Positions 25,134 through 33,520 of a stretch of 64,000 bases of DNA are shown here, one piece after another. The stretch lies in assembly GCF_018350175.1 (NCBI RefSeq), contig NC_058383.1, forward strand, positions 558,001 through 622,000. The letters run 5' to 3'. The notes beneath the pieces are model-generated. The model had not been told where the DNA came from. It worked only from the letters and a program-made list of their open reading frames with translations, and searched no databases. Numbering within the stretch: position 1 is the first letter of the stretch; each line of letters opens with the position of its first letter. The DNA comes from Felis catus (lineage: Eukaryota). The translations under genes and the position numbers were made by a program.

Positions 25134-25925
25134 CGCGTCCCGAGGCGCTGGCGGCTCGGCGGGGAGGCGAGGCCGCGGGGCGGGCGCTCCAGCCGGGCTC
25201 CTGTGGCGGCGAAATTCAGTACCATCCCTCAGGGAGCGCGGCCCGGAGGAGGGTGGCGCGGAGAGCAGGGAGCCGGCGGAGCGCGCCCGGCGCGAGCAGC
25301 GAGTGCGGAGAGGCGGGCAGCGCCAGCGAGGAGGAGGAGCAGGGAGTGCGCGCTCGCCGCGCCCGCCGCGCCGGGAGCCTCCTGGGCCGCCGGGTAGGGG
25401 GTGGGGACGGAAGGGGCGGAGGGCGGGGGCTGGGCCTCTTCCTTGGTGCGTTCCCGGTGCTGGCCGCCGCCGCGCTCGCTCCCCGGCGCTGGCTTTAGGA
25501 GCGACCCGGCCGGTAATTCTGCATATTTGCGGGCATCAGCCCCGAGAGGGACCCCGGAGCGAGGCTGGAGCCGCCGCCGCCGCACCACCCATCACCTGTC
25601 TGGACGCCCGGCCGGGCCCCGGCCGCGGGCTCGCGCTCTCCCTGCGGGCTGCGGGCGGCCCTGCGCGCCCACCGCCGGCCCCGCGCTCGCCTCCGGCCCT
25701 CCTCCTGCAGCCGCCGCCCGGCCGGGCACGGCGCGGCCCAGCACGGCGCGGCCCGGAGGCCTGCGTGCGCCCCTCCGCGGCGTGCCCTCGGCTCTGGCGC
25801 CGCGCTCCGCCCTCCGCCGGCCCGAGCCGAGCAGCGCCCGCGGCCGCGCCGCCCGGCAGCCGCCGCCCGCCCGGGGCCTCGCCGCGCCGGCCTGAGGAGG
25901 GCGGGCGCAGGGTCGAGCTGGAGCA

Positions 25926-25960
<35 letters not shown>

Positions 25961-26040
25961 GAGAGGAGGAGGACGAGGAGGAGGCGCCGGCAGGCCCGGC
26001 TCGCCGGAGTTGTGCGGGCTCCGCAAGGCGCGCGTGTGGA
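25134..26040 (-). other. PDGFA: PDGFA long GC-rich 5' UTR (~900 nt) with four upstream AUGs
   Basis: TSS inferred ~25-30 nt downstream of TATAA; uATGs start at 25592, 25536, 25524 and 25225. Confidence 0.75.
25926..25958 (-). repeat. (GGC)11 trinucleotide repeat in the PDGFA 5' UTR
   Basis: 11 perfect GCC units on the + strand. Confidence 0.95.
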
Positions 26041-26064
26041 GCCGGCCGGCGGCGGGGAGGGGGG

Positions 26065-26069
26065 TTATA
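26065..26069 (-). promoter_or_regulatory. PDGFA: PDGFA TATA box (TATAA)
   Basis: Minus strand GGCGGCGCTATAACCCCC; the only AT element in a GC-saturated region, directly downstream of the GC boxes. Confidence 0.85.
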
Positions 26070-26086
26070 GCGCCGCCGCCGCCGCG

Positions 26087-26119
26087 CCCCTCCCCCGCCC
26101 CCTCCCCCTCGCCTCCCCC
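26087..26119 (-). promoter_or_regulatory. PDGFA: Proximal G-rich Sp1/Egr-1/WT1 element, G-quadruplex-capable
   Basis: Minus strand GGGGGAGGCGAGGGGGAGGGGGCGGGGGAGGGG: five runs of 4 or more G just upstream of the TATA box. Confidence 0.8.
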
Positions 26120-26565
26120 GGATTCCGGGCCCCGGACCCGCACCTCGGAAGCGCGCGGGGGCCGCACGGGCCGGGCAGGGCCCGGCCGCCGCCGCCGCCG
26201 CCGCAGTGAGCACACGCCGGCGCTCACGCAGGCAGTAAAATCCATCAAAGCCCCGCGCCCGGCTCCGAGCACAGCCGCCGGGCTCCGCTCGCCCGGCGGG
26301 GCTCCCCGCGCGCCCCTCCCCGGAGCTTGCCCACCCTCCAGTGCCAGCTGCAATCCTGCGGCACCGGACGGGGAGGGGAGGAGGCCGCCGCGGAAGAGCC
26401 GCCGTCGTCGGCTCTCCTCCCTCGGCCCCAGCGGCGGCGGAGGGCAGCGCCCAGAGCTGCTACGCCGAAAAGGGCAAAAGCGAGCCGGCCCCCGCCTCCG
26501 GCCCCCCGCCCCGGCGCTCGGGCCTCTTTCCACCGCTAGGATCCAGGGCCCCTGCCTCCCCGTCT

Positions 26566-26575
26566 CCATAAAAGG
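26566..26575. promoter_or_regulatory. PDGFA: CArG box / serum response element
   Basis: CCATAAAAGG is a perfect CC(A/T)6GG ~530 bp upstream of the TSS; an SRE is known at about this position in PDGFA. Confidence 0.8.
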
Positions 26576-29500
26576 AGGGGGAGTGAGTCTCTGGTGAGAG
26601 GTGGGGCGGGTTTAGGGGCGCGTCTGGGGCACTCACCTGGCGGCTGCCACGCGCCCCCGCCCAGAATCCGATGCCTGGGGCGCCTGAATGAGGAACCTCC
26701 ACCCGCATTCCGAGATGGGAGAGCGCCCAGGTCGGAGGAGGGGGCTGCAGCGTGCCTGGTCCCCACCCTGGGACCCCGCGTCCCCACTCCCTCGTGGAAG
26801 GCTGGGCTGCGGCCTGAGCCGGGAACTCGAGGGGGCGGAAGGGAAGGAGGAGAAAGGATCCGCTCGGGGAGGAACCCCCGGAGTCTGAGCCTCCCACGCC
26901 GGGATCCGTTGGGCGTACAGAGCGCCACCTCCGGCCGAGGCGCGGCACAGAGCGCGATGCCGGGACCGGCGCGCGGGAGGCCCAGGCCTGAGCGGGCTGC
27001 ACCGTTCCCCTGCCGCCGAAGGGCAGGTGCGCCCGAGCTGGGCAGGTTCCGCGCGCCTACACCAGGTGGGATCGGCCCCCCGGCTGGTCTCTCGAGGGGG
27101 CAGCCGAGCCTGGAACCCTGCCTGGGAGGGAAGGCGGGCCTCACCACGCCAACGCTAGACGGCGAGGCCCCCTGAGGGTTAGGGGACTCCCCGATGGGTG
27201 GGTGGGTGGGTGGGCGGCCGCCTGGAATTCCACCCGCCCCAGGCCTCCGCCCCCATCTGCCCCATCCTGTGGATTAGGCCCGCGCCCCGCCTCGGCCGCC
27301 CTCCCGCCAGACAAAGGCAGTAAAGGCGAAGCCTGCGGGCGGTCTTTCATCGAACGGCGGGCTCCGGCATTTCAAAGGCCAAGTCGGGAAGGCGCTTCGG
27401 GGGGTGCTCGCCTTCCCCCCCCCCCCCCCAGATACCTCGGGGTGAGGGTGAGGAGGGTGGAGGCAGGACCTCTCCTGCCCTTCCCCGAGGGCCCGGGTCT
27501 ACCAGCGCCCTTCCACGTGCCTTCACACACCTGCAGCCTCCCCGATGCCCCTGCCTTCCCCTGGCGGCAGCCCCTCGCAGGGACCCCGCCACCAACCCCT
27601 CTCTCCAGGTGGTCAGGATGGAGAAAGCCCGAGGTAGAACCAGGGAAAACTTGGAAACGTTTAGAAGCACGTGAGGGCCAGTCCTTGTCCGTCCAGCTGG
27701 AACCTTCGATGGCTCCGAGAGGGGGACCACTGGCAGGCTTGGGGAGGGCAGCCGAACAGGCACCCCCAAGGACTCAGGCTGGACCGGGTCTGAGCCATCG
27801 CCTACGCGCCTCCCGAACTGACTGCATCGCGTCCGCTCGAGCCTGGGATTCCTCTCCGGCAGAGGGGCCCGAGGACAGTCCCTCGGGGCTAAAGGGCTGG
27901 GTCTGGTCGTGGGCGCGGGAATGGAGGAGGAACTCCGCCGCCCGTGCGGGGGCTGAGGTGGGTGCCTCCCTCCGCGCCCCTCCCTGGCGGCACTTCAGGG
28001 GTGCCCAGCTGGAGTTTGCGGCCAGCATGGCGGCCAAGGGGGCGCTTTCGATAGGAGTTGCAGGCCAGCCCCAGGGCGGAAAGCAAGGGCGAGGCCGGGG
28101 TGCATCCCGCCCCCGGACTGGAGAGCTTTTGGGGGCGCGGCGCAGGCGTCCCTATAATCGCCGGCGGCTATTAAAAATAAAAACCTCAGCGAGTCGTCAT
28201 AGCGACCAGACAACAGCCGCTGCGGGAGGGCGGCAAAAACCGTGCCACCGGCGCCGCTGGGGGAGATTCGGGGCACGCCGCGCGTTCCAGCCGGGGCGGG
28301 GCTACGACCCCAGCCCCACGGGCCCCGCCCTCCCCCACCCCCGAAAAAACTGGCAGAAACAGAGCCAGGGGCCCGGCTTCCAAGAATGCGACGTAGAGAT
28401 ACAACTGACTTGACCAAGAGGTCAACAACTTGGGTGAGAACCCACGCGACGCGCTCCCTCCTCCCCGGCCCGTGCCGCGCGGCGCCCCGCCCACTCAGGT
28501 CCCAAGCGTCTCCCTTTCGGCCCGCGGAGAGGGGGGGGAGGGCACTGGGTGAGCAGGTGGGCTTCGGGGGCTCACCCCGGACAGGGAGCCGAAAGTCCGG
28601 AGGCCAGGCGCGTGGGGGGCTGCTGCACCTGCCCGGTGCGCCGGGTCCGCGCTCCTTGCGGATCAGGCGTGGTCACGTGCTTCTTTCTGCCCCGGATCGA
28701 GTTTCCCTTCCAGCCGCTATTAGGCGGTTCACACGGTTCATTGCAAATATTTGATAATGAGGCTAAATATACATCGGAATCGGAGGAGGCGTGGGCGGCC
28801 GTGCGGAGAGCGTGGGCGCGGCGTTCCCGGCTGGGCGGGCATCCCCACCCAGGCCCTGCGGAGGCGCCGGACCCCGGGACGGGCACCAGGCTGTGTGCTA
28901 CAGGGAGACCCGCCCCGCGCGCCGCCCCCGGGCCATTCCGGCCCCAGGCTCGGGTACTGTCCCCAGAGGCCAGCTAGAGGGCCCCTGGCGGAAGGAGGGG
29001 GCGCCGCAGGGATCTCCAGGGTGGGGAGGTGCTGGCGGGAGGTGAAGGTGCACCTGGCCGCTGGGATGTCCGGTCGCCCCCGGAGCGGGTGCTTCCGGGC
29101 TATCTCGGGCGTCTCCGGCGCGCCCCGACGTGCCTGCAGGCCCATAATTAGAGTGAGTCAGGTGCTCTAAATAGGCGGAGAGAGGGGGTGCCGTGCAGCT
29201 GGGGTGACTGGTTGGGCGACAGCCACTGGTGCCTCACCATACTGCCCATGATCCCGCAGCAGGGAGGAGTGGGAAGGACCTTGGCCGTTCCTCGGAGCAA
29301 AGTAGGGGCCAGAGGGGCACCCGCTTCATTAAGCACCCGGTGAGCTGCGTAGCCTGCGTGTCACCCTAACCCCAGCTCACCTCATTCCCTCTCCACCCGC
29401 TGCCAGTACCTGCCTGGGGCCTGGCGCCAGCTGACAAGCCGCTACTGCTAGGATTGCTGTTACTTCCCGGTGGAAGTCACGACGAACATCCACTGACCAC

Positions 29501-30474
29501 CTGGGTCCCTGTGTGACTTCATTTCCCTCACACGGACACAGACGAGAGCAGGTCTGTCCCACCTCTCCCCATTTTACAGATGGGACCACTGAGGCCCGGG
29601 AGCCAGACCCTTGGCCCGCAGGGCCGGAGCTGAGGCGTGGCTCCGCCCCAGGCAGGGGGCTCTGATGGCATGGGCTCCTCGGCTCAAGCTGAGCTGCTCA
29701 GGTGGCATTTGTCTGTCCCACGGGTCACAGACAGGATGGTGACGGATGCTGCGGCCGCCAGCGGTATATATAGGCAGCAAGACTGGAGTCCGTGTCCACT
29801 TGGCCCCCGCGCACGGGGGCAAGGAGGGGCTGGCTGCCCGCCGCCCCCCGTGGTGGGCCTCGGTGATGTGTCTGTCCTCACGCTGCCGTGTCTCCACTCT
29901 CTCGTGCGGGAAAGGGGGCCGGGAGTGAGCCTCCGCCCCCGCCCCACCAGGGAGAAGCAGTCTGCGCGCGCGCTCGCGCACACGCACAGGCACGCGCAGC
30001 ACGCGCAGCTGCCCGGCGGCGGTGCCCCAGCTCGCTGGCGCGGGGGGCCCGCCGAGCGGCCGAGCCCAGGCCTCTGCCAGGAGCCAGACCAGATTTCAGA
30101 ACAATTTGTAATGACGAGACACGACTCGCTTTATCTCTGGGCAAGGCTCTCTCGGCTCAGGGCAGCTGATCCAAAGGCCGAGCGGGCACGGGCACGGCTC
30201 CTTGAAGATCAAGAGGGCCCGTGCAGGCGTTAATGAGGTTATTACCTCGGCCGCCCCAGGCCTTTCCACACAGCCTCCCCAGAAAGGGTGATAAACCTGT
30301 CGGCAGGCCGGCAGGGCATTCCCAGTGTTGTTTTTTACTCCCTATTAAATGCTTTTATTTCCCTTTTTAAATTCACAAACAGAAACGGAGTTTGAAACAG
30401 CTGTGAGCCCGCAGTCATCTTGCGAGTATGCTGTGCGTCAAGACCCACGTTAAGGGACACTTGGCGGCTTGCAG

Positions 30475-30790
30475 GCTAGACTGTGTGGTTCGGGAGCCAC
30501 CAGCCACCCTGTGGCCGCTGGCGTGTGAACCGTGGCTGCTTCACCCAGAGATACGCCGGACACGCACGGCCTCCGTGGCCGAGAGGGCTTCGTGTGCAGG
30601 CAAAGGGTGTGACATTTCTCATTGCCGATTTTTAAATTCGTTCCATGTTGAGATGATAGCATTTCGATGTATTGCTTAAATAAATTATATTACTGCAATT
30701 AGTTTCACCTGTTTTTCCTGTTTGACGCGGCCACTATAGAACATTTGAAATGTCCTAAAACGATACGTCCATTGGTCAAAGCTCGTCTAG
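30475..30790. mobile_element. hAT-Charlie DNA transposon relic (MER33/MER3-like)
   Basis: agccaccagccaccctgtggc...catgttgagatgatagcatttcgatgtattgcttaaataaattatattactgcaattagtttcacctgttt matches the recalled MER33 consensus. Confidence 0.7.
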
Positions 30791-31032
30791 ACACATGCAG
30801 TTCAAACCTGCAGTGCAGAGCCAGCCAGGTGAGTGCTGGCAGGCCGCCTCCAGCCTTGAAGCCAGCAGAGGTCTGGACCCTCAGACACCCCAAGACCAGC
30901 GGAGCCAGGGGACGGGGACACCCCCGCTGGCCTCACCGGCTGTGTGATCTTGAGCAAAGTGTTGGGCATCTTGGAGCCTCGGTTTTCTCCTCTGGATAAT
31001 GGCCAGCATAGAGGGTTGTTTTAAGGAATACT

Positions 31033-31450
31033 CATTCACCCCATTCAACAAATACTCACGTACTCCACTCTGTGGAGCACTAGGGGCGCAAAGCTAAAAC
31101 AAAGCTCTCCTAGAACTCGGGGTCTCCGGATAAGCAAGTGACAAATAAGCATGTAGTGTTTCGGGAGTGGTCAGTAAGGTCTGTTGGAGAGGAAGCCAAC
31201 CGGCCATCTAGAAAGTCTAGATCCAGTATTATAGGCAGAAACAACAATAGCACGTGCAAAGGCCCCGGGGCAGGAACTGGCTTGTCTTGTTCAAGGAACA
31301 ACAAGGGGCAGGGGATGGTGGGAGAAGGTGAGCTGGGGGAGGCAGGCAGTGGGGCAGGTCACACAGGCCTTGAGACCAAAGTAAGGCATCTGGACTTTAC
31401 TCTAGGGGTATGGAAGGCATTAGAGAGTTTGGGCAGGGAACACAAAATGT
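31033..31450 (-). mobile_element. LINE-2 3' fragment
   Basis: cattcaacaaatac terminus and the typical aggcaga..aacaatagcacgtgcaaaggccc...ggactttactctaggg...tggaaggcatt motifs. Confidence 0.75.
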
Positions 31451-32059
31451 GGCAGCCTAGACGGGAAGTTTAGCTGCCAGCCTCCCCGGCCAAAGCAGCA
31501 ACCCCTGTTCCCCTCGCTTGCCTGCTGGGGTCTTCAGGACTTGTGGCCAAGTTCCTGTGTTCTGGGTGTGAATTCCAAGGAGATGGGGCTGGCCACCCAG
31601 TCTGAACCCAGAGCCATCCCCCACCTCTTTCCCCAGGCACTGCCCACGGGCCCTGTCCCTCTCGGGTCTGTGACCATGGACGGGGCGGGAAAGGCCTGCA
31701 GCAGCCCTTGGCCATCAGACAGACAGGACTCACCCCTGCCGGGCAGAGGTCAGAGCTAGCGGCTGGACCCCGGGACGGCTGGGGATATAGTGCAGGGATG
31801 GCCTGCCAGGCCTCCCTGAGAGAGGACAGTGAGGTCACACCCTCCAGAGACATGGGCCCACCAGACGGAAAAGCCTCCCGACGTCAGAGAGGCCTGCACC
31901 TCCCCGGATGGTAACACAAATCTGACCAGAGCTGTGGGGTCAACTCGGGGGACCTCCCTCACCAGGGGGAGAAAGGTGCTCAAGTGGCCCGTAGAAGCTG
32001 GGCCAAGGGGCTAAAGGTGCATGCAGAAAGCAGAGACTTCTAGAAGGAAGAGGCAAATG

Positions 32060-33520
32060 GGTCACGGAGCTACCATAATCAGAACAGGGAGGCTCTCGTG
32101 TGACAAACGGACCGGAACCACAGAGCCCAGAAAAGAGTCCGTCCCAGAGGAAAAGCCGTGAGAGGTACCGGCCTGTTTATTCCATAGGACAGTCTGGAAG
32201 AGTGACCTGCTGAAACCACACTTTACCCCCAGCGCTAAATGCACTTCAGGGGGATCCGGCAACGGTTCAATGAATGTTCTGGCACACGGGTGGGGTGGGT
32301 GCCTCTCTGCAGGGGGGAAGCTCGCACCGCCGCCTGCCGCGCTCCTGCCAACGTCCGTGCTCTTGGCCAGCCTCGCGGGAGCAAGCAGCCCCCTCCGGGC
32401 GGAGGGGCGCTCCACAGGCCCCCGAGGCAGGTTGCTCTGGGGACAGCAGACGAGAGCGTCTGGACGGCTCCACCAAAACCCGGGCAGCCAGGGACGCCAC
32501 CAGGACCAGGGAGAAAGGGACGGTCGTGCTGATGCCGCGCGCCTTGGGACCTGGGGTGAAAGGTCACGATGCCGGAGGCTTGCTTCCAGCGGCCGGGGTC
32601 CGGGTGTGAAGGTGACCGGTGGGTCGACAGCGGCCAGCGACACACAGGTGACTGCGGCTTCACAGAGCCAGCGGAGCGGGGGACGCGGGAGGCGGGTGAG
32701 CCGAGGTTCACTGTCAGTTCTCACGCCTGTTCTGGAAGGCCGACAGCGCTCAAATACAAGGCTGTGGGGGGACGCTGATTGCTGTTTCCCAGTTTTCCCA
32801 CGGTTTGCCGAAGTCCAGAAGACAGGGAGCTTTCTCCGGAAGACAGCACGGACCACAGATCACTGTGGGCAGCAGGGCCGCCGCTCACAGTGTTCAGGTT
32901 CGACAAAGCCCAGCATAGAAATTTGAAACAGAGTAAACACTTGAAACCCCGAACGCAACCGCTGTCCCTTAGGATCGCGTGCCCGGCCTCCCCGTGTATC
33001 GATCCGCGTAGGAAACGCGTGTGCTGGTCACAGCCGTCTACCTGCCGGGTCTCCTTCGCGGATCCCTCCTCGGGAAAGCACGGACTGACACACACAGGGC
33101 AAGCAAGCCCTGGGGGCACCCGGCCACAAGGCCGGTGGACGGGCCCACGGACAGCGCGAGCAGCCCGAGCGGAGGGCGCCGGCAGGAGTGGGGGAGGGGC
33201 GCAGCGACGCTGACAGCGACTTGGCACCTCGAGCCCTGGCCGTGACCCAACCCTGCAGCCCCGCGTCTGGGCACCTGGCCTAAGGAAATGGCCCGACCAC
33301 AGAGCGGCGGCGTGCGCGGGGGGCTCCGCGGGGGGGGCGCGACCGGTCCCACAAACACTGGAAACAACCTAAAATCCCAGGTGTGAGAGGCCTTGTTTTC
33401 CTGACCCTCTGGTTGGAAACTGTCCATCCCCGGGACGGCGGCGAAGACAGCTCTCCGAAGTGGAAACCACGGAGACGGGACGCTGTCCACGGCGGGGTCA
33501 GAGCATCCGCCGCTGGTCTG
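32060..33520 (+). mobile_element. Patchy, highly diverged LINE-1 (L1M/L1ME-like) fragments
   Basis: agctaccataatcagaacag, gagcccagaaaagag, gaaatttgaaacagagtaaacacttgaaacccc and actggaaacaacctaaaatccc resemble L1 ORF2/3' motifs; interrupted. Confidence 0.4.

Larger units (their letters stand above)
22990..30300. promoter_or_regulatory. Large CpG island over PDGFA exon 2, intron 1, exon 1, promoter and ~4 kb upstream
   Basis: Very high GC and dense CpG/CGCG by inspection; core 24450-27150; edges approximate. Confidence 0.85.

Noticed and set aside
24625..26597. Long ORFs across the CpG island (481 aa +, 325 aa -, 225 aa -, 195 aa +)
   Set aside because: Arg/Pro/Gly/Ala low-complexity products, mostly non-ATG starts, overlapping the real PDGFA exon 1 and promoter; stop codons are simply rare at this GC content.
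31076..31090. CTCF-like motif GCACTAGGGGCGC
   Set aside because: Spacing does not fit the core consensus and it lies inside an L2 fragment.
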